From assembly GCA_048940645.1 (NCBI GenBank), contig JBHLOI010000005.1, forward strand, positions 52,578 to 116,577: 64,000 bases of DNA, in the 5' to 3' direction. Positions within the stretch are counted from its first letter, which is position 1, and each line of letters opens with the position of its first letter. Made by a program: the position numbers and the translations under genes. The stretch comes from Promethearchaeota archaeon (GTDB lineage: Archaea > Asgardarchaeota > Lokiarchaeia > Sigyniarchaeales > SOKP01). Below, in pieces: positions 20,568 through 30,366 of the stretch. Under the pieces are notes generated by a model that did no database searches, was not told the origin of the DNA, and saw only the letters and a list, made by a program, of their open reading frames with translations.

Positions 20568-22151
20568 ATGAATGAAATTAGTGTAATTAAAAAAGATTGG
20601 AGAAAAATTGATTTATCTTTTGGTTTAGTATATCCAAATTATTATGAATTAGGAATTTCTTCATATACTATAAGGCTACTTTATTATCTTATTAATTCTA
20701 ATGAAAGGTATGTATGTGAAAGAATATTTCTTCCCAGAGGAATACGGTTTCCTGCCACAGTAAAACATAATTCTGATGATAGTATAAGAAGTATTGAAAA
20801 TAAAATAAATCCTATTGATTTTGATATATTAGGGTTTTCTATTCACTATGAAAATGATTTTAAAAATATTCTATGGATTATAGAAAAATCAGGTATCCCT
20901 CTTTATTCAAAAAAACGTAGAGAAATAATTTTAAAAGAAGGATTGAAATATCCCCTAATTATAGGAGGTGGTCACGTGATTACCTCAAATCCATTACTTC
21001 TTAATGATATTTTTGATCTATTTTTCATTGGAGATTGTGAACCCAATCTTAATCTCTTTTTAGCAACATTTTTGAAATTTAAAACTGGTAAAATTGAATT
21101 TCAAGAGCTCCTTCATCAATCAAGGTTAATAAATGGGATCTATATTCCAAGTTTAAAAAATGAAATAAAGAGAGCAATACTAGAAAATATCGATAAGTCT
21201 CCTATTCCTATTTTTCAATTAATTTCCAAGGCAAAAACTCATAAAAAAATTTTTGAAGAAAACTTTTTTATTGAAATCAATAGAGGATGCCCATTTCAAT
21301 GTAAATTCTGCATATCTTCTTTTCATAATTCTCCTTTTCGAAATAGAAGTTATGAAAACATTCAAGAGACAATTAAAGAAGCAACTGTAAAGACGCAATT
21401 TGACAAAATATCTCTTATTGGTTCATGTGTATCATCTCATCCTAAATTTTATGAAATTTGCGACTACATTGTGAAACAAGGCAAAAAACTAAGTATTCCC
21501 TCAATTAGAATAGATCATTTGACTCCAAAAATTATTAAAGTCCTTGAAAGAGCCAATATCAAATCAATAACTATAGCACCTGAAGCAGGTACTGAAACTT
21601 TACGATATTCTTTAGGGAAAAGAATTTCAAATGAGAAAATAATGGAAGTTTTGCAACAGATCAATGACTCTAAAATCAGAAATGTAAAATTATATTTTTT
21701 AATCGGATTACCTGATGAGAAAGACGAAGACATAGAGCAAATCATTAATCTATTAAATCAGATCTCTAATATTGGTTTTGAGACTAATTCATTAAAAGTT
21801 AATATTAACCCATTTGTACCCAAATTTAATACACCCTATGAAAACAAAATTAATTTTTATTTAAGTAGCAATCTGAAACTCTTAATTTCTAGGTTCCAAA
21901 TACTAGAAAAAGCATTAAAAAAAATGCCAGCGGTTAAATTAAAATTTCAAAATCCAAAAGAAATTGTTAAGAAAGCAAGAATGCAAACAATCCTTTCTTT
22001 AGGAGATGAGACAATATCTGAACTATTAATTAAATATTACATTCATGGAGGAAATCTTGGAGCCTTAAGAAGAGCAGAAAAAGAGCTAGGTATTTCTATA
22101 GATAATTATCTAATAAAGGTTCATTCAGGCTATAAACCCTGGAAGATTTAA
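20568..22151 (+). CDS. Radical SAM protein with N-terminal B12-binding-like region
   Basis: RGCPFQCKFC (CxxxCxxC), YPNYYELGIS, TIAPEAG, KLYFLIGLP. Confidence 0.85.
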   Translation: MNEISVIKKDWRKIDLSFGLVYPNYYELGISSYTIRLLYYLINSNERYVCERIFLPRGIRFPATVKHNSDDSIRSIENKINPIDFDILGFSIHYENDFKNILWIIEKSGIPLYSKKRREIILKEGLKYPLIIGGGHVITSNPLLLNDIFDLFFIGDCEPNLNLFLATFLKFKTGKIEFQELLHQSRLINGIYIPSLKNEIKRAILENIDKSPIPIFQLISKAKTHKKIFEENFFIEINRGCPFQCKFCISSFHNSPFRNRSYENIQETIKEATVKTQFDKISLIGSCVSSHPKFYEICDYIVKQGKKLSIPSIRIDHLTPKIIKVLERANIKSITIAPEAGTETLRYSLGKRISNEKIMEVLQQINDSKIRNVKLYFLIGLPDEKDEDIEQIINLLNQISNIGFETNSLKVNINPFVPKFNTPYENKINFYLSSNLKLLISRFQILEKALKKMPAVKLKFQNPKEIVKKARMQTILSLGDETISELLIKYYIHGGNLGALRRAEKELGISIDNYLIKVHSGYKPWKI

Positions 22152-22166
22152 AAAAAAATAAAAAAA

Positions 22167-22670
22167 TTATTCAATTTTTTCAAAAGCTTTTTTGGCGGCA
22201 CCACAAACCGGGCACTTATCAGGGGGGTCTCCTTCATGTGTGTAACCACATACGGAACATATATGCATCTTTTTAACTTCTAAATCTTTTCCCTCTTCAA
22301 CTAATTTCAATGCTTTTTCATATAATTTATGATGTATTTTTTCTACTTCATTAGCATAAGTAAAAGTTCTTTCAGCACTATTTATATCTTCTTCCTTTGC
22401 ATCTTCAATAAATTTTGGATACATTTGGGTGAATTCATAGAATTCTCCGCCAATCGCTTCCTTTAAATTTTCGATAGTTGATTTAATCCCTCCCAAAGCT
22501 CTTAAATGATTGTGAGCATGAATAGTTTCGGCAGCTGCGGCTGCTCTAAACAATAGCGCTACTCCAGGTAATCCATCCTGTTCTGCTTTTTTAGCAAAAG
22601 CTAAATACTTTCTATTAGCTTGAGATTCTCCGGCAAATGCTTCTTTTAAACCTTCTTCTGATTTTGTCAT
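22167..22670 (-). CDS. rbr: Rubrerythrin
   Basis: AFAGESQA, ExxH di-iron motifs, C-terminal CSVC...CPVC rubredoxin domain. Confidence 0.95.
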   Translation of the reverse strand: MTKSEEGLKEAFAGESQANRKYLAFAKKAEQDGLPGVALLFRAAAAAETIHAHNHLRALGGIKSTIENLKEAIGGEFYEFTQMYPKFIEDAKEEDINSAERTFTYANEVEKIHHKLYEKALKLVEEGKDLEVKKMHICSVCGYTHEGDPPDKCPVCGAAKKAFEKIE

Positions 22671-22818
22671 CTTTTATTTTATATCCTATTATAATATTAT
22701 TTTAAGTTTGGAGGGGATCTAATTTTAATTTCTTTTTTATAATTCATAAATTTATGAAAATTACTTAAAAATTTATTAATAGAAAAAGCTATCTTCTTAA
22801 AAAAATATTTAAAATGCC

Positions 22819-23625
22819 TTATTTTTCTAAATATTCTCTTATTTTATTAACAATTGTATATAAGTAGAATTCTGCTACACCAAATTTAGTTTTTGAATCA
22901 AAAATTAATATTATTAAATACTTTTCGTTAAAGTATTCTGAAAAGATAAGTTCATTGTCCTTAGAAGTATAAAACAATTTTAAAATAGAATTATTGCAAA
23001 TTTTAACCCTGAAGTCTACTTCCTTCAATATTTTTCTAAATAAAGTTTTATTCCTCGCAGATGAATAGAGAACCTTGCCCCCATTTGTTAAAAATATTAT
23101 ATCATTAAGTTGATCATCGGATTTAATACTTTTTAAATATTTTATTACGCTCTCTTCCTTTTCTAAGTCATATTCTTTAGTAGACATTTCTTTTATAGTT
23201 TCTTTCACAAGATAATCCAAATCATCATCATATATGTATTCTAAGTCTGTTTTTACGTGATTTTTTTTAACGTACTTAATAAATTTTACATGTAACTTTG
23301 AAATTATATTTTCAAGCATAATTAAATTTTCATCTGTATCGCATAGAATACCATAAATTAGGTTATTTTTTTCAAAAATAGTAAGTTTTACACCTCCTCC
23401 CATTTCTAACGCTTTTATTTTATCTCCTATCAACTCATTTGTAAAGGACATGAGAGCTGTAAAATAAGAGGATATCAACTGCTCTTGTTCTAATCTAAAT
23501 AAGTCAGTAAAACTTATTCCATAAATACAGATTCCTGACCTGTTGAAGATTAGTAAATTATGGATGCTTAATACTTCTGAAGATCTTTTAATTTTTGAAA
23601 GTAATGAGTTCTCCGGTATAGTCAT
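22819..23625 (-). CDS. Longin domain fused to a roadblock/LC7-like domain
   Basis: N-terminal LLIFNRSGICIY...LISSYFTALMSF (longin pattern); C-terminal IIFLTNGGKVLYSS...YLIILIF...FGVAEFYL (roadblock pattern). Confidence 0.65.
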   Translation of the reverse strand: MTIPENSLLSKIKRSSEVLSIHNLLIFNRSGICIYGISFTDLFRLEQEQLISSYFTALMSFTNELIGDKIKALEMGGGVKLTIFEKNNLIYGILCDTDENLIMLENIISKLHVKFIKYVKKNHVKTDLEYIYDDDLDYLVKETIKEMSTKEYDLEKEESVIKYLKSIKSDDQLNDIIFLTNGGKVLYSSARNKTLFRKILKEVDFRVKICNNSILKLFYTSKDNELIFSEYFNEKYLIILIFDSKTKFGVAEFYLYTIVNKIREYLEK

Positions 23626-23689
23626 ATCATTTTATTAAGATTAAAATATAAAAAGCACAAAGTTTTAAGAAAAAAGGTTTTAAGGAAAG

Positions 23690-25531
23690 TTATTTTTCAT
23701 TTGAATAATTATATGAAATAATTCCTTTTTTAAAACCAATTATTCCGTATAAATCTGCCAAAAGAGTGATTAAATGAGTAAGAATTAAGTATGAGAAAGG
23801 AAAGAAGATTATCCAGAGAAATAATCCTAAAAGTTTAGTGCTTAATATTTTTCTTTGTTTTTCAATTAATTTGGGTATTTTATAATAGATCATTTTTTTT
23901 TCAGATGATTTTTCACTTACAATTCCCTTTCTATTGAAACCCTGTTGATATTTACCACTTTTCATAAGAGAACGAAAGTCTCTAAATATCCAAATAAACC
24001 AACCATTAAAATATTGTTTTGAATTTATTGTTCTAATTGTATAATCAAGTAAATGAAGCTGTCTTTCTTCAGTAAATTTGGTTTGATTCTTCCAATCATC
24101 ATGAAATCCATATTTTGCTCCTGAGCCAAATTCTGTGAAAACCCAAGGTTTAGCAAAAAGGGGTGCAGTCATAATATCTAAAAAAAGACTTAACATTCTT
24201 TCATGCCCAAAATACCATCCAAAATATGAATTAATCGTGGCGACATCAGCATATCTTCTTGTCAAATCAGTTATCAACTTCCGTGAGACATATGTAATTA
24301 TTCGAGTGTCATCATAGTATCTAGCCAATATCATTAACCTTTTTATAAATCTAGAACATTCCCGTTTATGGATAGGAATTTCATTACCCACACTCCACCA
24401 AATAACAGATGGATGATTAATATCCCTTTTTATTAATTCGCGTAACATTCTAGCAGCTACTTTAAATACTTCATTACTTTTAAAATTGCAATTCCAATAG
24501 ACTGGAATTTCTTCAAGGATTAAAAGTCCAAACTTGTCGGCAATTTCTATCAAATCTTCATCATGTGGATAGTGAGCGCTTCTTAATGCATTAAATCCTA
24601 ATGACTTTATTGTTTTAACATCCTCTAATCTTTTTTTGTATGGAATTGTACGTCCAAATGGCATATATTCCTCATGGAGACTAACTCCTTTTAATTGAAT
24701 CTTTCTTTTATTTAATAAAATATTAGAACCTTTAACTTCAATATGTCTTATTCCAAAGTGATATTCATAGAGAATATCTTCTTTGAAATTTGTAGATGTA
24801 TCAATTATTTTGAGATAATATAAATTAGGATTATCTGGTGACCATAGTTTAGGATTATCCATCTTTAAAGTAATAGCCCCTACTCCGGAACCTTCGAAGA
24901 CCTCACCTTCATATAAGGTATTTGAATGATTTAAATCTAATATTTGCCATTTAAATGAAAGAGTACCAATTATTTTATAGCCAATTTTAACAGTACATAG
25001 ATTTAATGTATTTAATGTTGTTTTTATTACAATATCTTTTATTCGATTTTTATTTAATAATAATAAATCAATGTCACGATAAATTCCCCCCCAATTAAAC
25101 CAATCAAAAAAAATAGCTGGAATCCTCTCTTTTTCCCGAATATTATCAACCCTTACTACAAGTAAATTACCTTTCTGCGTAAGAGTTTCATTAATATTGA
25201 TATAAAATGGCGTGAAACCACCATCATGTTCACCTAAAAACTCTCCATTTAACCAAACCTGAGTTTTATAATTACTTCCTTTAAATCTAATCTGACATAT
25301 ATAAGTACTTATATTTAATGATTTATTGAGACTAAATTGATAGAAATGCCAAAATATCCCCTCAAAAACTCCGAAATTCTTTAAGAGATTAAAGCTTTTT
25401 GGAATCTTTATATTGATTAGAGTATTGTCATTATTATTGTAATTTTCGAGTAAATACCAGCCTTCTTCTATACCAATATCATCAAAATCAGGCTTACATT
25501 TCCAAGTTCCATTTAATGATACTAATTTCAT
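23690..25531 (-). CDS. GH2 glycoside hydrolase, probable beta-glucuronidase, with C-terminal hydrophobic anchor
   Basis: GGIYRD, RSAHYP, WSVGNE (acid/base), FTEFG (nucleophile), NSYFGWY and the NRKG glucuronidase signature. Confidence 0.85.
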   Translation of the reverse strand: MKLVSLNGTWKCKPDFDDIGIEEGWYLLENYNNNDNTLINIKIPKSFNLLKNFGVFEGIFWHFYQFSLNKSLNISTYICQIRFKGSNYKTQVWLNGEFLGEHDGGFTPFYININETLTQKGNLLVVRVDNIREKERIPAIFFDWFNWGGIYRDIDLLLLNKNRIKDIVIKTTLNTLNLCTVKIGYKIIGTLSFKWQILDLNHSNTLYEGEVFEGSGVGAITLKMDNPKLWSPDNPNLYYLKIIDTSTNFKEDILYEYHFGIRHIEVKGSNILLNKRKIQLKGVSLHEEYMPFGRTIPYKKRLEDVKTIKSLGFNALRSAHYPHDEDLIEIADKFGLLILEEIPVYWNCNFKSNEVFKVAARMLRELIKRDINHPSVIWWSVGNEIPIHKRECSRFIKRLMILARYYDDTRIITYVSRKLITDLTRRYADVATINSYFGWYFGHERMLSLFLDIMTAPLFAKPWVFTEFGSGAKYGFHDDWKNQTKFTEERQLHLLDYTIRTINSKQYFNGWFIWIFRDFRSLMKSGKYQQGFNRKGIVSEKSSEKKMIYYKIPKLIEKQRKILSTKLLGLFLWIIFFPFSYLILTHLITLLADLYGIIGFKKGIISYNYSNEK

Positions 25532-25855
25532 TCTTTATTTTCCAAATCAAATGAATTTGAATTAAGAATAATTGATTGAATTTAATAAATGCTAGAAGTT
25601 ATAATAATTAAACCCTTCAGCCAATTAGAATCTAATATCTCATTGTTTTTATATGTTTCCTCACATTCTATTTAGAATTTCTTAAAAATTTTAAAAGTAT
25701 CTTGTTTTAAAAGGGGTTTCAGTGAAATAGTTGTTTTTACGATTGATTAATTTGTCAAACTTTAAAATCTAAGGATAGACCGTGTAAGGATTCGTTTTTT
25801 CTAAAACAAGTTTAGACAGATAATATTAACCTTCTATGATGGTCTTTCAACTAAG

Positions 25856-25935
25856 TTTAAATATAAGCTAAGAGAATTATATTTTAAATACAAATTTATT
25901 TTAAAATAAGAATAAAAATTTTAATAAAAGGAGGA
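25856..25935 (+). promoter_or_regulatory. TATA box (TTTAAATA, 25856-25863) and SD (AGGAGGA, 25929-25935) of the histone gene
   Basis: Archaeal TATA consensus; SD lies 7 nt before the ATG at 25943. Confidence 0.5.
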
Positions 25936-25942
25936 ATAAAAA

Positions 25943-26140
25943 ATGGCTAAAAAACCAACAGTAGAAACCCTTTTCGTTAAGAGCAAGGTAAAAGAATATA
26001 TAAAATCTAAGAATTGTAACACGGCTAGCGAGGTTCTTGATGGAAACAAACTGAATTCAATTCTCATTGAGCTTTTAGAAAAAGCCGTGGCACGTGCGAA
26101 GGCAAATAACCGAAAAACGGTTCAGGAGAGGGATTTATAG
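25943..26140 (+). CDS. Short histone-fold protein with truncated alpha3 (Bd0055-like / face-to-face class)
   Basis: LFVKSKVKEYIK...NTASEVLD...KAVARAKANNRKTVQERDL; ends right after the RKTxxxRD motif. Confidence 0.85.
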   Translation: MAKKPTVETLFVKSKVKEYIKSKNCNTASEVLDGNKLNSILIELLEKAVARAKANNRKTVQERDL

Positions 26141-26309
26141 ACGAAAAAGGTTGACTAGATAGAAGATAAAAATTTCATATTTTTTTTAAAATTTATTTAC
26201 TTTACTATTTTTTCCCAATTTTATCTATTAATGATAAAGATTCAAAAAGAAACTTTTCAAAAAAATTATTAATCCATCACTGTATTTTCATTTAAATGAG
26301 TCTTTTTAT

Positions 26310-26434
26310 ACTCTATAAGTATTACACACACAATAATAGAATAAAAAATTCTCAAAAAATCGCCTTATCCTTTAAATCTACTCTTAATTAAGTAGAATTT
26401 TTTATTCTACTTTCTCTCCTTTTACTTATAGAGT
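26310..26434. repeat. Nested long inverted repeat with perfect 12 bp and 16 bp arms
   Basis: ACTCTATAAGTA 26310-26321 pairs with TACTTATAGAGT 26423-26434. TAGAATAAAAAATTCT 26337-26352 pairs with AGAATTTTTTATTCTA 26394-26409. Confidence 0.85.
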
Positions 26435-26475
26435 TTCCAATTACTTTATGATTTAGCTTACTATGAATAGTAATT

Positions 26476-27021
26476 TTATTTCAATTCTTTGTCAATTATG
26501 AAAAAGCCAACTGAGATTATACTTTTTAATCTTTGAAGATCATCCTTTAACCTTTTCACACGTTCATATGGTCCTGAAACTGCGATAATTTCTAAACATT
26601 TTTCAAACTCTAAATGAACATGTAATGTAGAGATGATAATATCATGAAAATGATGTTGTATGTCAGTTTTTAATATTTCATCTGTTTGTTGAATATTTGC
26701 ATAAATAGGTCTTGAACCATAATCATGGTTATGATAGGTATGCTCATGATCTATAACATGAGAATGATCATCTAAATCATCTTTTTCTTTTATATTTGCA
26801 TGATTTTCTTTATGCTCGAAATGCTTATGAGCCATTATTATAGAGATACAACCTACAACATTTCCAGAAGATATTGAAATGTTTTCTTCACTTATCATTA
26901 AAGCTTTCATTGCTTTCCTAATTGCATCTGATCTAGAGATATTAAGAGTCTTTCTAAATAACTCAAACTCGTTGTATAATTCTTTAGGAAGAGAAATTGT
27001 AAAACGTTTATATTCCTCCAT
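26476..27021 (-). CDS. nikR: Nickel-responsive regulator NikR with a His-rich insertion
   Basis: RHH domain (RFTISLP...SRSDAIR); Ni ligand motifs QHH, HVH and CLE. Confidence 0.9.
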   Translation of the reverse strand: MEEYKRFTISLPKELYNEFELFRKTLNISRSDAIRKAMKALMISEENISISSGNVVGCISIIMAHKHFEHKENHANIKEKDDLDDHSHVIDHEHTYHNHDYGSRPIYANIQQTDEILKTDIQHHFHDIIISTLHVHLEFEKCLEIIAVSGPYERVKRLKDDLQRLKSIISVGFFIIDKELK

Positions 27022-27168
27022 ATTTCACAAAATTTATTTTTTTTGTTGCTGAGACTTTATATTGAATTATTTTTACTTAAAAAAGATAATGGTTAGAATA
27101 TTCTCCTTTTCGAATCTTTACATGATATTATATAATCATTTTTATTGTAAAGCATGTTGTACATCTTC

Positions 27169-27903
27169 CTATTTAGCGATCAATATAGCAACAGGGACCG
27201 AGGCTTCACGCCATTGAGCAATTTTACCAGAATATTCTAAATCTAACTTTACCCGGCCATGATCTCCTAAAATTATCATTAAAGAATTAGGACGTAATTG
27301 TTTATAGTTTCCTAAAATCCATTTGTCAGTACGTAAAATTAGCTTCTCGATCAAATCCTCAGGGGTTCTTTGCTTTAAAGCTTTTTGCTGTTTATGTAAA
27401 TTTTCAAAATCTAAATAATGCATCCATGAAAAATCATAATTATTGATTGTCTTAGCGCTTTCAATCCACGTTGCCATATCAGTATCTTTAGCAACCGAAT
27501 ACGTACCACCATCATATCTGGCTAAATCTTTTTTCCTTCCAATGAAACATGATTTTTTTCCATTATTATTAAGAAATCGCAGTAGATGAAAGCCATTTGG
27601 TTCTTTTTCGAATCCACCATAGAGAATTTGATGTAGAACTCCTAAGGTATAAGGATTCTTAGTAGATAACAATAACATCATTTGTGATTGCCTTATCATG
27701 AATTCGGGTTTATGAAATGTAAGCTCAAACAAACCGAAATTGTCTATAAGAATTATAACGATTCTTTCAATACCTTGATATAACTCAGTAATAGAATCAA
27801 CTGGTTCTGGGATAGTACCAAAAGGAGGGTCAATACCCAATATTTTTATTAATGTGGCGGGCAATTGATTTAAATAACATTTGATAGTTTGGAGTTCACT
27901 CAT
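27169..27903 (-). CDS. Alkaline-phosphatase-superfamily protein, minimal and possibly degenerate
   Basis: VIILIDNFG and ILGDHG metal motifs; the middle motif is divergent (YLDFENLH). Confidence 0.6.
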   Translation of the reverse strand: MSELQTIKCYLNQLPATLIKILGIDPPFGTIPEPVDSITELYQGIERIVIILIDNFGLFELTFHKPEFMIRQSQMMLLLSTKNPYTLGVLHQILYGGFEKEPNGFHLLRFLNNNGKKSCFIGRKKDLARYDGGTYSVAKDTDMATWIESAKTINNYDFSWMHYLDFENLHKQQKALKQRTPEDLIEKLILRTDKWILGNYKQLRPNSLMIILGDHGRVKLDLEYSGKIAQWREASVPVAILIAK

Positions 27904-28064
27904 AACAGTGTCCTAAAATTATTAGTTTAATTTAACATTATTAGATAATAATACTTATATAATTATCATAAAAGAATTAGAATTTATTTTTTTAGTATTG
28001 ACAATTTATCCATTTAGCCAATTAAGAAAATATAATTAAATTTCATGAAAAAGTGAAACAATAA

Positions 28065-29354
28065 ATGAAATCATTATATATTGATGCCTCTAATTCTGGA
28101 ATTTCTGGGGATATGTTTTTAGCTTCACTCTTAGAATTAATACCCAACCCTAAGGACGTAATAGATGAACTTATTGAACTAAAAAATTATTTGAAGGGAG
28201 TTAAGAAACTGGAAATAGATCTAGTAAAAGTTAAGAGAACTGGGATAATGGTTAATCAACTTAAACTAAACATTGAAGAAAACAAACACCAAAGATCCTA
28301 TAAGAGTTTAAAAACTGCATTACAAACTTTTTTAAGTGAAAAAGAGTATTCAGAATCGGCAAAAAATTATGCTATTAACGTTTTAGAAACATTATTCCGA
28401 GCAGAAGCAGAAGTACATGATAGTTTAATAAAAAACATACATCTTCATGAATTAAGTTCTGTGGATACCTTGGTAGACATTTTAGGTGTTACAAAAACTT
28501 TAGATAAATTAGGATGTTTTGATAAGGATTTCAAAATATTTTGTGGTAAATTGCCTTTAGGAGCAGGAAAAGTTAAAACTGCTCATGGAATACTGGCAAT
28601 CCCCGCACCTGCCACTATAAAAATATTAGAAAAATCAGAACTGGTTGTTGCAAGTGGTCCTATTGAGAGCGAGTTAGTAACACCCACCGGAGCCGCCTTG
28701 CTTGTGAACCTAGAGCCCAATTACTTGATTTATCTCAATGAAATGATTCTTAAAAAAGTTGTATATAGTACTGGTGAGAAAGAGTTTAAAGATTTTCTAA
28801 ATATATTGCGAATTTTCTATGGTGAAAGTCCCTATCTTGAAAGCAAATCTCTTCACAGCCCTCTTCAGAAATACATTGAGGATATCACTACATTAGAGAC
28901 AGATGTGGATGATATATCTGGAGAACTTATAGGTAATTTTATTAAAACTTTAGAAACTAAACAAGTTCTTGATATTCAAGTTATACCAAGTATAACCAAA
29001 AAAAATAGGCCAAGCCATGTAATTAAAGTACTTTGCCGTCCTGAAAATAACTTTGAAATAATTGAAACTATAATAAGTGAACTAGGCACTCTTGGAGTAA
29101 GATTTAACACCATAAAAAGAGTTTGTATTGATAGAGAACTTATTACGACAAAAATTCAAATTAATGGAAATGAATATGATGTAAGATATAAAGTCTCTTA
29201 TTTCAAAACAGAAAAAGACAAAAAAGTAGTTAATATAAAACCTGAATATGAAGATTTAAAAAAAATAAGCATGTTAACTGGGCGTTCAGTCAAAGATATC
29301 CTTATTTATGCTCAAAGTAATCTAAAAAATTTATATAAAAATTTTAAAACATAG
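28065..29354 (+). CDS. larC: Nickel-pincer cofactor nickel insertase LarC
   Basis: SGISGDMFL, AEAEVH, HLHEL, AHG..PAPAT, ELVTPTG, ETDVDD, KKNRP, GTLGVR, KPEYED. Confidence 0.95.
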   Translation: MKSLYIDASNSGISGDMFLASLLELIPNPKDVIDELIELKNYLKGVKKLEIDLVKVKRTGIMVNQLKLNIEENKHQRSYKSLKTALQTFLSEKEYSESAKNYAINVLETLFRAEAEVHDSLIKNIHLHELSSVDTLVDILGVTKTLDKLGCFDKDFKIFCGKLPLGAGKVKTAHGILAIPAPATIKILEKSELVVASGPIESELVTPTGAALLVNLEPNYLIYLNEMILKKVVYSTGEKEFKDFLNILRIFYGESPYLESKSLHSPLQKYIEDITTLETDVDDISGELIGNFIKTLETKQVLDIQVIPSITKKNRPSHVIKVLCRPENNFEIIETIISELGTLGVRFNTIKRVCIDRELITTKIQINGNEYDVRYKVSYFKTEKDKKVVNIKPEYEDLKKISMLTGRSVKDILIYAQSNLKNLYKNFKT

Positions 29355-29431
29355 TTCAATAGAAAGTTTTATAAAAAAAAAATTAAAAAAAAGGAAAAAT
29401 TTTAGATATATCTTCGATATCTTATTTTCAT

Positions 29432-29965
29432 TTAGAATTTATCAATGTTGAATTTATGTAGCAAATACTCATCCTCTGTCATTTCTTTTAAGAAATCTTT
29501 TAATCGAGAAATTTCTTTTTTTACCTCTTTTTCTTTTCTCAGTTTCCCTAATTCGTGATATATGTCTGCAGCTTCTCTAAAAGTTTTAACACATTCATCA
29601 TAATTACTTGAAACCTCGAGATCCTCAGCTAAAAAGACTAAACTCTCTGCTATATCCATTTTTTTACCTAATTTCTTTTGAATCTTTAGAGATTGATAAG
29701 AATATTTTAAACCTAACGGATATTGTTTAAATTTTGTATATGTTCTTCCTAAAGCTCTAAGAACCATCGCTTCTTCGGTTTTAAGATTATTTTCTTGACA
29801 ATGTTTTAAAATTTTATTGAGAAAGTTAATTAACTCTTCCTTGTTAATTGCTTTCGTTCGTTCGATTTGATTTATTGCTTTTTCATAACTTTCTATTGTA
29901 TTGAGTATATCGCCACTCTCAAAAAATTCTTTTGACCTTTCAAAATCCTCAACGGTTGCGACCAT
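29432..29965 (-). CDS. TPR-like helical repeat protein
   Basis: TPR-like A/G spacing (EAMVLRALGRTY, IAESLVFLAED). Confidence 0.65.
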   Translation of the reverse strand: MVATVEDFERSKEFFESGDILNTIESYEKAINQIERTKAINKEELINFLNKILKHCQENNLKTEEAMVLRALGRTYTKFKQYPLGLKYSYQSLKIQKKLGKKMDIAESLVFLAEDLEVSSNYDECVKTFREAADIYHELGKLRKEKEVKKEISRLKDFLKEMTEDEYLLHKFNIDKF

Positions 29966-30366
29966 AGGTCTCAACTACTTAGTACACGATTTTTTTTCTG
30001 TAGAATTAAAATAGAATTAGTATCAATATTATCTATATTGATCTACATATTTATATTTTCCTATTCTTCGAAAATATGTGTTTTATATCTAAAAATGTTT
30101 CGGAACTATATTTTTACATAAAAAATGGGATATGAAGGTATGGCTCTTAAGAAAGTACGGTCTAATTTTTAATAAAATTACAGCTAGGCTTTAAGTAAAT
30201 TTGTTCAAATATTTGTTTATACAAAGTTTAAATTATGAAAATCTTTCATCAAAGAAAAATAATTTATAAATATTCTAATCATAACAATTACTACAATAAG
30301 GTACATAAATTTATTATAAGGCTTATACTCTTAAAAGATAGAATATAAAATTTCATTTAATGAATT

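Noticed and set aside
26310-26434. SECIS interpretation of the long hairpin
   Set aside because: Neither flanking gene has an in-frame TGA at a Cys position, and I saw no selenoprotein candidate in the window.
30070-30140. Possible second GNAT remnant (NVSELYFYIKNG)
   Set aside because: Too short, with no motif A; indistinguishable from chance.
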